Shown one piece after another: positions 18,548-28,213 of a stretch of 64,000 bases of DNA; the stretch's first letter is position 1, and each line of letters begins with the position of its first letter. A program made the position numbers and the translations under genes. The notes beneath the pieces were generated by a model. It did not search any database. It saw nothing but the letters and a program-made list of their open reading frames with translations, and was not told the origin of the DNA. The DNA lies in NCBI GenBank assembly GCA_963836755.1, contig CAWIKF010000001.1:96001-160000 (forward strand), written 5' to 3'. This DNA is from an uncultured Verrucomicrobiae bacterium. Lineage in GTDB: Bacteria > Verrucomicrobiota > Verrucomicrobiia > Chthoniobacterales > Chthoniobacteraceae.

Positions 18548-20926
18548 ATGAAACCTCCAATGCCTTTTCGCATCGTCAGGGGACTTTTGCTCGTAGGATT
18601 CTTAACCCTGTCTTGTAGCGCGTCAAAGGCCAAAGACCCTGCAGATTACGTCAATCCGATGATTGGGACTTCTAGCATGAATCCGACAAAGGAGGAGAGA
18701 GCCCGACTTCCGCAAATGGACCCGAACTTTGATGGGTTTCATGGCAAGCTTTTTCCCGGTGCATGCACGCCTGCGGGAATGGTGCAGCTTAGCCCAGATA
18801 CCATCACCGGCGGAGATAATGGCGCCGGTTATTGTTATCCGCACTCAACAATACAAGGCTTCAGCTTTCAACATATGAGTGGCGTAGGAGCGAACGGGGA
18901 CTTGGGAAATTTCATGGTGATGCCCACGACGGGTCCACTCCAAACGTGGTATGGTGAAACGGACAGGCCCGGAACCGGCTACCTTTCCTCCTATACAAAA
19001 GGCAGCGAGGTCGCCAAGGCCGGTTACTATGCGGTCACCCTGGATGATTACAAAGTAAGGGCTGAGATGACCGCGGCTCCCCGCAGCGGCATTCTGCGCT
19101 TTACGTTTTCCAAGGATCCGGCGGCCCGGATTCAGATCGACTTGGCTCGACGGATCGGCGGCACATCACTTCATCAAACGGTGAAGGTAGTCGACGATCA
19201 TACAATTGAGGGAAAGATCGACTGCACTCGTCAGGGTGGCGGCTTTATGGGCGGCAAGGTGGCCTATTCACTTTACTACCACGCGGAGTTCAGCCGGCCG
19301 CTGAAAAGTTTCGGAGTTTGGAGCGCCACTTTACCGGCTAACTACAAAGCGCCAAGCACGGCAAAGCCGGAATTTGTTAAAGCCTGTCAGGCTGCCGAAA
19401 AGCTGCCGGGATGCCGGGAGAAGGAAGGCGAGCACCTTGGCTTTTATGCTGAATTCCCAACCGAAGATAAGGACGTGATTATGCTTAAAGCTGGCATTTC
19501 GTATGTCAGCATCGACAACGCCCGCGCCAATCTCGCCGCGGAAATACCCGCTTGGGATTTCGACGCTGCACGCCAGCAGGCGCACGACCTTTGGGTCAAA
19601 GCTCTCAATCGCGTGTCGGTAGAAGGAGGCACCGAGGATCAAAAAACCATTTTCTACACCTCGATCTATCACGCGCTAGTCGATCCGCGGATTTACTCCG
19701 ACATCAATGGCGACTATCCCGGCGCCGACGGCAAGGTCCATCAGGCGAAAGGCTTCATCAAACGCACTGTTTTCAGCGGCTGGGATATCTATCGCAGCCA
19801 GTTTCCATTATTGACGATCATTGCTCCAGATATCATTAACGATCAAATCAACAGCGTGGTCGATCTGGCTGAGCAGAACGGCACCCATTATTTCGATCGC
19901 TGGGAATTGTTCAATTCCTACACCGGATGCATGTGCGGAAGCCCGGAGGTGATAGTGATCAATGATGCCTATCAAAAGGGCATTCGTAACTTCGACGTGG
20001 CCAAAGCCTACGAATACTCGGTCAATACCTGCAACAAAGACGGCAACAAACCCGGTTCGCATGGAGTCTCGGTTCCTTTGGAAAACAATTTTGCGGCTTG
20101 GAACCTATCGAAGTTGGCCGCTTCTCTCGGGAAAGCCGATGATACGAAAAAGTATTTGGATCGGGCGCAGGAGTATCATCTCCTCTTCAATCCCGATGCG
20201 CCGTGGACCTATGACAAGTCAGGCAAGACGGAGCATCGCGATTGGAAAGGTTGGTTTTGCGATAAGGACAAGAACGGAAATTGGGTGCCATGGGAGGGGC
20301 TTACTTCCGGCAAGGGCGGGATGGAATCGACCATTTTCCAGAACGGCTGGTTTGTCCCTCACGATATTCCCGGTTTGATCCAACTTCTCGGCGGTAAGGA
20401 CCAGTTCGTGGCCAAGCTGAGCGATTTCTTTGACCGCACGCCCAAGCTCAACAGGTGGAACTCTTACTACAACCAGTCCAATGAGCCGAGTCACCTCATT
20501 CCGTTTCTTTTCAATCGGGCCGGCGCGCCTTGGCTGACGCAAAAATGGGTGCGTCGCATTTGCACGGAAGCCTACGGGGCTAGTCCGAATGGACTTAGCG
20601 GCGACGATGACGAGGGCCAGGTCTCGGCTTGGTATGTTCTTGGCGCAAGCGGCCTGGCTCAGGCTTGCCCGGGTGATCCCCGTTATGAGATTTTCACTCC
20701 GCTTTTCGACAAGGTTACTTTGAATCTCAATGCCAAATACTCAAAGGGAAATGCCTTTGTCATCACAGCCAAGAACAATTCTCCCGAAAATGTTTACATC
20801 CAATCGGCTACGCTCAACGGTCAACCGATCAACCGCTGCTGGTTGAGTTATTCTGAAATAACGGATGGGGGAACACTCGATCTCATCCTAGGTCCTCAGC
20901 CGAATACGAGTTGCGGCGTTCAATAA
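18548..20926 (+). CDS. GH92 alpha-mannosidase
   Basis: YVNPMIGT, PAGMVQLSPDT, HMSGVG, WDIYRS, WFVPHD, NEPSH, GDDDEGQVSAWY. Confidence 0.93.
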   Translation: MKPPMPFRIVRGLLLVGFLTLSCSASKAKDPADYVNPMIGTSSMNPTKEERARLPQMDPNFDGFHGKLFPGACTPAGMVQLSPDTITGGDNGAGYCYPHSTIQGFSFQHMSGVGANGDLGNFMVMPTTGPLQTWYGETDRPGTGYLSSYTKGSEVAKAGYYAVTLDDYKVRAEMTAAPRSGILRFTFSKDPAARIQIDLARRIGGTSLHQTVKVVDDHTIEGKIDCTRQGGGFMGGKVAYSLYYHAEFSRPLKSFGVWSATLPANYKAPSTAKPEFVKACQAAEKLPGCREKEGEHLGFYAEFPTEDKDVIMLKAGISYVSIDNARANLAAEIPAWDFDAARQQAHDLWVKALNRVSVEGGTEDQKTIFYTSIYHALVDPRIYSDINGDYPGADGKVHQAKGFIKRTVFSGWDIYRSQFPLLTIIAPDIINDQINSVVDLAEQNGTHYFDRWELFNSYTGCMCGSPEVIVINDAYQKGIRNFDVAKAYEYSVNTCNKDGNKPGSHGVSVPLENNFAAWNLSKLAASLGKADDTKKYLDRAQEYHLLFNPDAPWTYDKSGKTEHRDWKGWFCDKDKNGNWVPWEGLTSGKGGMESTIFQNGWFVPHDIPGLIQLLGGKDQFVAKLSDFFDRTPKLNRWNSYYNQSNEPSHLIPFLFNRAGAPWLTQKWVRRICTEAYGASPNGLSGDDDEGQVSAWYVLGASGLAQACPGDPRYEIFTPLFDKVTLNLNAKYSKGNAFVITAKNNSPENVYIQSATLNGQPINRCWLSYSEITDGGTLDLILGPQPNTSCGVQ

Positions 20927-20945
20927 CAGCCTGCTACCTTTATCC

Positions 20946-23210
20946 ATGCACAAGATATCGCGGATCATATTGGCGTGGCTCATCGTTTCCGTGTCCATGC
21001 GGGCTGACGAAGCGAATCCAACGAGCTCTCCAGCGCTTCTAAAGTATGTTAACATTCTTCAGGGAGTTGACTCCACCAGAGGGTTATCGCACGGCAATAC
21101 CCTTCCTCTGGTTGGTATGCCCTGGGGAATGACCGATTGGACTATTCAGGATCCAAAGGCGTTCTTGAATCCCAAGGGCAAAGTTTCGGGTTTTCGCGCC
21201 ACCCATGAACCGAGCCCTTGGATGGGAGACTACGGCCAATTCGTCCTGATGCCACAGAGTGGTGTGTTAGCGATGGACACCAAATCCCGTGCTTCTGAAT
21301 ACGATGCCAGTAGTCTTGTCTTGGAGCCTGATTATGAACGGGTTGATTTCACTAAATACCGGGTCACCTCGGAACTAACTCCCACCGAGAGATGCGCTGT
21401 TTTTCGTCTTACCTACCATCAGGGTGATACCGGCAGGTTGCTTTTCAATGCTTCTGGAGGATCTGAGATCCAGATTGAGGGCCGCACCATCAGGGGCTCG
21501 AGTCGAATCACTCATATCACTCATGGAGTTGGTCCTGGGAACTCTTCTCATTTTTTCGTCATCGAATTGGACCGCGAGATTACTAAGAATGACACTTTCA
21601 TCAACAACATCGCGACGGGTGCGAGTTCTGCGACGGGAAATAATGCCGCGGGTTACGTAGAGTTTAAGATCACTCCTAATGTCCCAGTCGAAGTGCGGGT
21701 GGGGACCTCCTTCATCAGTTGGGAACAAGCGGAGCAAAATCTCCAGTCTGAAACCTCCCGAGGATTCGATGCGGCACGTTCCCTGGCGCACAAAACGTGG
21801 AATGACAGCCTAGGTGCAATTTCAATCGATGCCAGCGAGGCTCAGAAACGGACTTTTTATTCCTGTCTCTATCGAGCCCAAATGTTTCCCCGCCGTCTCT
21901 ACGAGTTAAATTCAGCAGGAAAACCGATCCATCATAGTCCCTACGATGGAAAGATCCATGAGGGCGTTTTGTATGGAGATATCGGTATCTGGGACGCGTT
22001 CCGGACAACCTTCCCGTTGATCACTATTCTTTACCCCTCGCAAGTCGCTGAGATTCTTCAGGGCTTTCTCAACGCTTCCAAGGAGGGAGGCTCGCTGCCA
22101 GAATGGCCCAGCCCAGGATATCGCGATTGCATGATCGGTGAGCACTGCGCGGCTATCTTTGCCGACGCGGTCGTCAAGGGCATAACCGGGTTTGATGTGG
22201 CAAGCGCATACCAGTCGCTTAAAAAAAGCGCTTTCGAGCCGCCTGCACATGGTGTGCTGGTGAGAAGGGGTTTGGGCGATTACATGAAGCTCGGTTACAT
22301 CCCGAACGGAGCCAGCACGTATGCCCTCTCCGCCACTCTCGATTATGCATACGATGACTGGTGTGTCGCGCAGATCGCCAAGCAGCAGCACGAACCCGAC
22401 GTTTATCAGTCGCTCATGAAGCGCTCCCAAAATTATCGTTTCCTCTGGGATCCCAAGGTGGGTTTTATGCGTCCTAAGAATGCCGATGGCCAATGGGTTG
22501 AGCCCTTTGATGAATTTGCCTGGGGAGGCTCCTATGCAGAGAGCGGCCCCTGGCAAAGCAGCTGGTTTGTGCCCCACGATCCGGCAGGCTTGATCGGTCT
22601 GATCGGCGGGCCGGAAAAGATGACGGCAAAACTAGATGCCATGCTGGCAATACCGCCTACTTTTCACGTGGGCGGGTATGGCCACGTCATCCATGAAATG
22701 ACGGAAATGGCCGCGGCTCATTTTGGGCAATATGCTCAGTCTAATCAGCCGTCCTTCGATAATCTCTATCTTTTCACCGCAGCTGGGCAGCCGTGGAAGA
22801 CGGAATACTGGACGCGGCGCGTTTGTGCGGAGATGTTCGATTCTAGCCCCAGGGGTTTTCCCGGCGATGAAGATAATGGGTCGATGGCTAGCTGGTTCAT
22901 CCTTAGCTCCGTTGGTCTCTATCCATTTTGTCCTGGCACTTCGACCTACCTCTTTACCAGCCCTCAATTTTCTAAAGTCACCTTGCATCTCCCCAGAGAT
23001 AGAGAGTTTGTCATCACGGCTCCGACCAACAGTGACAAAAATGTCTATGTGCAAAGCCGCACCTTAAATGGCAGCGACTACACACAGACAGGCATTCCCT
23101 ACAGCGAGATTATGCAAGGTGGCGTAGTGAATATGGAAATGGGGCCAGAGGCGAAGACCCGTTCGGTGGAGGCCCATGATTTGCCCTACTCGGCAACTCC
23201 GTATAAATAG
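20946..23210 (+). CDS. GH92 alpha-1,2-mannosidase
   Basis: HGNTLP, HEPSPWMGDYG, WDAFRT, VIHEMTEM, GDEDNGSMASW. Confidence 0.93.
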   Translation: MHKISRIILAWLIVSVSMRADEANPTSSPALLKYVNILQGVDSTRGLSHGNTLPLVGMPWGMTDWTIQDPKAFLNPKGKVSGFRATHEPSPWMGDYGQFVLMPQSGVLAMDTKSRASEYDASSLVLEPDYERVDFTKYRVTSELTPTERCAVFRLTYHQGDTGRLLFNASGGSEIQIEGRTIRGSSRITHITHGVGPGNSSHFFVIELDREITKNDTFINNIATGASSATGNNAAGYVEFKITPNVPVEVRVGTSFISWEQAEQNLQSETSRGFDAARSLAHKTWNDSLGAISIDASEAQKRTFYSCLYRAQMFPRRLYELNSAGKPIHHSPYDGKIHEGVLYGDIGIWDAFRTTFPLITILYPSQVAEILQGFLNASKEGGSLPEWPSPGYRDCMIGEHCAAIFADAVVKGITGFDVASAYQSLKKSAFEPPAHGVLVRRGLGDYMKLGYIPNGASTYALSATLDYAYDDWCVAQIAKQQHEPDVYQSLMKRSQNYRFLWDPKVGFMRPKNADGQWVEPFDEFAWGGSYAESGPWQSSWFVPHDPAGLIGLIGGPEKMTAKLDAMLAIPPTFHVGGYGHVIHEMTEMAAAHFGQYAQSNQPSFDNLYLFTAAGQPWKTEYWTRRVCAEMFDSSPRGFPGDEDNGSMASWFILSSVGLYPFCPGTSTYLFTSPQFSKVTLHLPRDREFVITAPTNSDKNVYVQSRTLNGSDYTQTGIPYSEIMQGGVVNMEMGPEAKTRSVEAHDLPYSATPYK

Positions 23211-23250
23211 CGGGTAGTTTAGTCAAAGTCCCGTGCCCGAGTTTTCATCG

Positions 23251-24036
23251 CTAATCTGACGAACGCGGGACGGTCAATCGCTTGATGCCTTCCACAGTAA
23301 AGTCGGCGTCGGTGTAAGTCACATCATGCCGGATGCGAGAGCCATCGAGTTCGGTGGATGAACCGGGTCGCGGGCCGCGCACGGTAAGATTTGCAGGGAT
23401 CTGATGGCCGGCGTCGGCGACGACTCGGGTAGTGTCGATGCGGCGGAGTAATTGCCCGGAACTAGAATATTTCTCGACGCGGAGTGGGACGATGCGCCGT
23501 GTGTCGATCCAGCTTCTCACGCTGCCATAGGTGGAGCGTTCGCCTTTGCCGGGCTTTGATTCGAGGATCTGGCAGTTCACGCCGTCCACGTCTTCGGCAC
23601 CGACTATCGCCTGCCGGTCCCACGCGAAAAAGTTCTCGACGATGTCTTCATACGAAAGGTCGCTGCCGAGCAGCGATGCTTTCACGTCTTCGATTGCGCG
23701 TAAGGTGTCCGGCGGCACGAAGGCGGAACCGCTGGCCGGGCGGTTGCCGATCTTCCGCAGCAGCACGGACTCGCCTTTGCGCTCTTTCGGGAAAAGGACC
23801 TGATAGACGACTTCGGTCGCGCTCGCGGTGCGGCGCTGTTTGATCTGAAGCTGGAGAGTTTCCTCCGCGGCGCCTTTGATGTCCATTTTCAAACGCACAT
23901 AAGACGCGCCGCCCTGCTGGAGTGCGCTGAGGCGGGAGGCGAGTTCGCTTGCACTGGCCGGTGCTGCGTCGCCGGCGGCATGCACCTTGAAAGCGATAGC
24001 GACGCTCATGATCGAGATCAGACGGAAGGAGTTCAT
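23251..24036 (-). CDS. Outer-membrane lipoprotein-sorting (LolA-like) protein
   Basis: Signal peptide; SLLGSDLSYED; CQILESKP..YGSVRSWID..PLRVEKY..G.LLR. Confidence 0.8.
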   Translation of the reverse strand: MNSFRLISIMSVAIAFKVHAAGDAAPASASELASRLSALQQGGASYVRLKMDIKGAAEETLQLQIKQRRTASATEVVYQVLFPKERKGESVLLRKIGNRPASGSAFVPPDTLRAIEDVKASLLGSDLSYEDIVENFFAWDRQAIVGAEDVDGVNCQILESKPGKGERSTYGSVRSWIDTRRIVPLRVEKYSSSGQLLRRIDTTRVVADAGHQIPANLTVRGPRPGSSTELDGSRIRHDVTYTDADFTVEGIKRLTVPRSSD

Positions 24037-24049
24037 ACGATTTGATTCG

Positions 24050-25165
24050 TCAGCCCTGCAGCGCGTGGCTCGGTGTCAGCCGAGAGCTGCGCCACGCGGG
24101 ATAGAGGCCGCTGAAGACTCCGACGACGACAGCGATGGCGACGGAGGTGGCGAGGAGGCGCGGGTTCAAGTCGGGTTCGAGCAGCCCGCGGATGGCGGGT
24201 GTATTGACGAGAACTTTTACGCCGACGATTCCGATCAGCGCTCCGCCGATGCCGCCGAGAAATCCGAGCAGCGCCGACTCCAACAAAATCATGCGGACGA
24301 TGCGGCTGCGTTTCCAGCCGATGGCGAGCAGGACGCAAATTTCCTGTGTGCGCTCGAACACGGTCATCAGCATCGTGTTCATCACACCGAGCACGCCGAC
24401 AAGCACGGCGAGCAGCGACGTGCCCCAGCTCATCGCGCGAATCATTTTGTAAGCCTGGCTGTCCCGGATGTGTTCGCCAGCAACGACGGCGCGCGCCTCG
24501 GGCACCACGCTGGTGATCTTTTCGCAAAGCGCGGTTACTTCGTCTTTCGTCGTGCCGGCTGTGACGCGCAGGTCGATGATGTTGATCTTGCCTTCGTTAC
24601 CCGTGAGCGACTGGAGCAGCGGCAGCGAGAGAATGACCGAGCCATTCTCGACCACTGCGCCGCCGTCCACGATGCCGACGACTGCGAGCTCCTCGGTTTC
24701 GAGCTGGAGCTTTTCCCCGACTTTCTTTTGCAAGATTTCCGCCGCGGTCTTGCCGAGCACGACAGCTTTCTCGGCCGCGTCCTTTGGCATTCGGCCGGAC
24801 ACGAGCTTGAGATTATTCCACGAAAAGCCTCTCCACTGCCGTGCGGAGACGATCATCATGTCGGCCTTTTCAACGCTCATCAAATCGACGAGGAGTGCAC
24901 ACGTTTCCGCGACGTGCGGCAACGGCGTGATGCGCTCGACGACGGACGCCGGGAACGGCTTCGGCGTGAGTGCGCTGCCCATGTTGCTCACCACCACGTC
25001 GGTGCCGCGCATTTTCATGCCCGTCTCCCAGCTCGTCTCGAAGCCGCGCGAAATCCCGACCAGCGCGACAACGGCGGCGATGCCGATGGAGATGCCGACG
25101 ATGGTCAGCCCGGTGCGAACCGGACGCCGCATGAGTCCGCGAGTGACGACGGTGAGAAAAGTCAT
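24050..25165 (-). CDS. ABC transporter permease, MacB/FtsX family
   Basis: RRPVRTGLT, GVMNTMLMTVFERTQEI..LAIGW, GLYPAWRSSRLTP. Confidence 0.92.
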   Translation of the reverse strand: MTFLTVVTRGLMRRPVRTGLTIVGISIGIAAVVALVGISRGFETSWETGMKMRGTDVVVSNMGSALTPKPFPASVVERITPLPHVAETCALLVDLMSVEKADMMIVSARQWRGFSWNNLKLVSGRMPKDAAEKAVVLGKTAAEILQKKVGEKLQLETEELAVVGIVDGGAVVENGSVILSLPLLQSLTGNEGKINIIDLRVTAGTTKDEVTALCEKITSVVPEARAVVAGEHIRDSQAYKMIRAMSWGTSLLAVLVGVLGVMNTMLMTVFERTQEICVLLAIGWKRSRIVRMILLESALLGFLGGIGGALIGIVGVKVLVNTPAIRGLLEPDLNPRLLATSVAIAVVVGVFSGLYPAWRSSRLTPSHALQG

Positions 25166-25863
25166 GATTGGTTGAGCCCGTCGGCGGCGATGCGTCCGTC
25201 CTTCATCTCGATGACGCGGGCGGCCTGGCGAGCGATTCCCATGTCATGCGTCACGAGGATGAGCGTGAAATTTTGCTCGCGCCGCAAACGCACGATGAGG
25301 TCGAGAACGATCGCGGCATTTTCGCTGTCGAGATTGCCCGTCGGTTCGTCGGCAAGCAGCACCGATGCGCCATTCGCGAGGCTGCGCGCGATCGCGACAC
25401 GCTGGCGTTCGCCGCCGGAAAGCTTCGCGGGAAAATGGTGCTGCCGTCCTTCGAGACCGACGAGCTTGAGCAATTCCGACGCGCGCTGTTTTCGCTCGGA
25501 GGCGGAGCGCTGTGTTTCGAACATCGGGATCTGCACATTCTCGATCGCCGTGAAAGTTGGCAGCAGATGAAAAGCCTGAAAGATGAAGCCGATCTCGTGC
25601 GCGCGGTAGGAGGCTAGGTCGCCATGCGCCGCCAGCGAGGCACCGCGATAGCGCAGCTCGCCGGAGCTGGGATGATCGAGTGCGCCGAGCATTTGCAGCA
25701 GCGTGGATTTTCCCGAACCACTCTGCCCGACGATCGCCACGAACTCACCCTGACTGATACGAAAGTCTACGCCGCGGAGTGCCTGCACCTGCCCATCGTC
25801 GTATTCCTTTTTCAGTCCAATCGCTTCGAAAACGCAGGCCGCGCCGTCAGTGGGAGACGGCAT
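25162..25863 (-). CDS. ABC transporter ATP-binding protein (LolD/MacB-like)
   Basis: Walker A GQSGSGKST, LSGGERQRVAIAR, LLADEPTGNLD. Confidence 0.95.
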   Translation of the reverse strand: MPSPTDGAACVFEAIGLKKEYDDGQVQALRGVDFRISQGEFVAIVGQSGSGKSTLLQMLGALDHPSSGELRYRGASLAAHGDLASYRAHEIGFIFQAFHLLPTFTAIENVQIPMFETQRSASERKQRASELLKLVGLEGRQHHFPAKLSGGERQRVAIARSLANGASVLLADEPTGNLDSENAAIVLDLIVRLRREQNFTLILVTHDMGIARQAARVIEMKDGRIAADGLNQS

Positions 25864-26852
25864 CAGTTCAATGCCTGCTTCGCCATTTCCTGTCGCGTCG
25901 TTCTCGTCACTCCCAGCCACTGCGCGCCAACGCGCGGGTCTGGCAAATTGACGAAGAGGTCGTGCAGCGCCGCGCGAAAGGTGCGAAAGGGCGGGCGGTC
26001 TTCCGGCGCCGTCGGTGCGAGCGCCTCGACGTGCTGCGGCAGCTCGGGATGCGGCAGGCCGCTGCGCCAGTGATGCACGCCGTGATATGGCTCGTGGAGC
26101 AGCGTGAAGCAGATGAACTTTGCCTGCCAGCCTTCGGCGATAATGCTGCGCGTCGAGCTATTCACGGTGGCGCCGGTGAGGCCGACGTGTTCGACGTATT
26201 TGCGCAGGCTCTGCATATTCGCCGCAAGCCACGCGGGGATGAAATACATCCACCAAAAATATTTCCATGAGCCAAGCATCGCGTCCGTCGTGAGGATCGC
26301 CGTCCACACCACCGCGATGATCGCGAATTCAATCCAAATCCGCCGGCGCAATTTCTTGTTCCGGATGGGCGAGCCTTTCCGCAAAAAAGTTCGCATGAAA
26401 AGGAACGGCGTGAAAAAAATTCCCATCGCCAATTCGAGCAGCGCGGCGCCGACGCGTATCCACCGCGGCTTCTGCGGATGCACGAAAGGCCACAGCTCCT
26501 CATCGCGCTCAGACGCGAGGTAGGCGTGGTGCAATTGGTGCGCCGCGCGGTAGAGGCTGAAGCTCATCAGGCTGAAGACACCGAGGATGATGCCGCCAAT
26601 TTCATTGAGCTGCCGGTTCTTGCGCAGCAGCCCGTGCGAGGCCTCGTGAAAGCCGATCAACAGCCCGTGCATGAGGTGGCTCACCATGAGCGCGAGCGGC
26701 ACGGCGAGCCAGTAGTTGTTGCGATATAACGCGAACACGAGTGCGGCTTGCATGAAAAAGAAAAGCGCTTCGAGCACGGCAAAAGCCGCCCGGCTGATCC
26801 AGTGCGGTTCGTGCGCTTCGACTGTTTGCTCGGCGGTGATGGCGGTATGCAT
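25863..26852 (-). CDS. Membrane fatty-acid desaturase family protein
   Basis: Three His boxes HEASH, HQLHH and HGVHH; TM segments; ATG at 26852. Confidence 0.9.
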   Translation of the reverse strand: MHTAITAEQTVEAHEPHWISRAAFAVLEALFFFMQAALVFALYRNNYWLAVPLALMVSHLMHGLLIGFHEASHGLLRKNRQLNEIGGIILGVFSLMSFSLYRAAHQLHHAYLASERDEELWPFVHPQKPRWIRVGAALLELAMGIFFTPFLFMRTFLRKGSPIRNKKLRRRIWIEFAIIAVVWTAILTTDAMLGSWKYFWWMYFIPAWLAANMQSLRKYVEHVGLTGATVNSSTRSIIAEGWQAKFICFTLLHEPYHGVHHWRSGLPHPELPQHVEALAPTAPEDRPPFRTFRAALHDLFVNLPDPRVGAQWLGVTRTTRQEMAKQALN

Positions 26853-26856
26853 CGCT

Positions 26857-28206
26857 TCAGGTGGTGAGAACGGCCGCTGGAACGTCTTCCGGCAGGCATG
26901 CTTCGACCAACACAGTCTCGAATAGCCGCGCGAGATTTTCCACGTCGGATTGTGGAAAAAGTTTCGGGCGGAAAAGCCATACGACTTCGAGTTCGTCCTC
27001 TTGCTCAGTGATTTCGCACGCGAGGTGAAAGCGCGCCGTGCCCGTCGAGCGCATCCGCAGTTTCGCCGAGAGGCCGGGCAGCTCGATGTCGGGCACCGGA
27101 TGATTCTGCAAAGCAAAGCGCACTTCAAAAATCGGGTTGTGGCCCGGCGCTGCCGAATCGCCGAGTGCGCGCATTAACTCGGCAAACGGCATCGCATTCG
27201 CGAAGCAATCGACGGTCGTCTGATGCACCGCGCGCACGCTTGCGGGAAACGGTCGCGCGTGATCCGCGCGTCCCCGCAGCGGCACTATCCCAGCGAAGTA
27301 TCCCATCGTTTCGTCGAGAGATTGCTTCGTGCGATTCGCTACCGGCGTGCCGACGACGATGTAGTCCGCACCGGTCCAGCGCGAGAACGCTAGCTGAAAT
27401 GCCGCCAGCAGCGTGCTGAAGAGTGTCGCGCTGCAACGGCGCGTGAGCTCGCGCGCGGCGCTCGCGAGGTCGGCAGGGAAATGGTTGACGATCCGCTGCG
27501 GCGACCCCGACGCAGTGTCCGATCCTTCAAGATGACTCCAAAGCCGCCTATGCCCCGCGAGGTGCGATTTCCAAAATGCCACGCGCGCCTCCATCTGCGA
27601 TGGCTGCCAAAACGCGCGTTCAGCGGCGCCCCACGCGGTGTAGCTTTGCGCCACGGTCGGCAGCGATTCGTTGATGCCGCGCACGCGCTGGAAGTAGGCG
27701 AGGCAAAGTTCCTGGATGAAAAGCCCGAGCGTCCATCCATCAGCGATCGCATGGTGAATCGCGAAAACGAGCACGTGGTCGTCCGGCGCGCGGCGCAACA
27801 GTTCGACGCGATAGAGCGGCCCTTGCAACAGATCGAACGGCTTGTTGAAAATCTCCCGCGCAATTTCCTCGACGGCCTCAGGCGAGCACTGCGACGGCGA
27901 CAATTCGCGGAAGCGAAAACTTACTGGACCATCCTCGCGGATCATTTGCAGAGGTCGATCTTTGCCCGGAAGAAAAGAGACACGCAGCGCTTCCTGTCGC
28001 TGGACGACTTGCAGCAGCGCGCCCTTGCCATCCTCGGGGGTCACCTTGCCGCGCACTTCGATGAGGCAGCAGATATGGTTCGCGACATCCGCCGCAGGCA
28101 CTGGCGACGCCTCCCACAATTCGCGCTGCGGAAAGGTCAGCGGCTGGAGGCGGATTTCGCCGCGCTCCAGTTTCTGTTTCAAGAGTGCGCGTTTGTCGGC
28201 GGACAT
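26857..28206 (-). CDS. Stand-alone NRPS condensation domain protein
   Basis: PLTFPQRELW, RQEALR, PFDLLQGPL, catalytic HHAIADG, VVGTPVANR, MGYFAG; no A or PCP domain. Confidence 0.9.
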   Translation of the reverse strand: MSADKRALLKQKLERGEIRLQPLTFPQRELWEASPVPAADVANHICCLIEVRGKVTPEDGKGALLQVVQRQEALRVSFLPGKDRPLQMIREDGPVSFRFRELSPSQCSPEAVEEIAREIFNKPFDLLQGPLYRVELLRRAPDDHVLVFAIHHAIADGWTLGLFIQELCLAYFQRVRGINESLPTVAQSYTAWGAAERAFWQPSQMEARVAFWKSHLAGHRRLWSHLEGSDTASGSPQRIVNHFPADLASAARELTRRCSATLFSTLLAAFQLAFSRWTGADYIVVGTPVANRTKQSLDETMGYFAGIVPLRGRADHARPFPASVRAVHQTTVDCFANAMPFAELMRALGDSAAPGHNPIFEVRFALQNHPVPDIELPGLSAKLRMRSTGTARFHLACEITEQEDELEVVWLFRPKLFPQSDVENLARLFETVLVEACLPEDVPAAVLTT

Positions 28207-28213
28207 GACTGGG

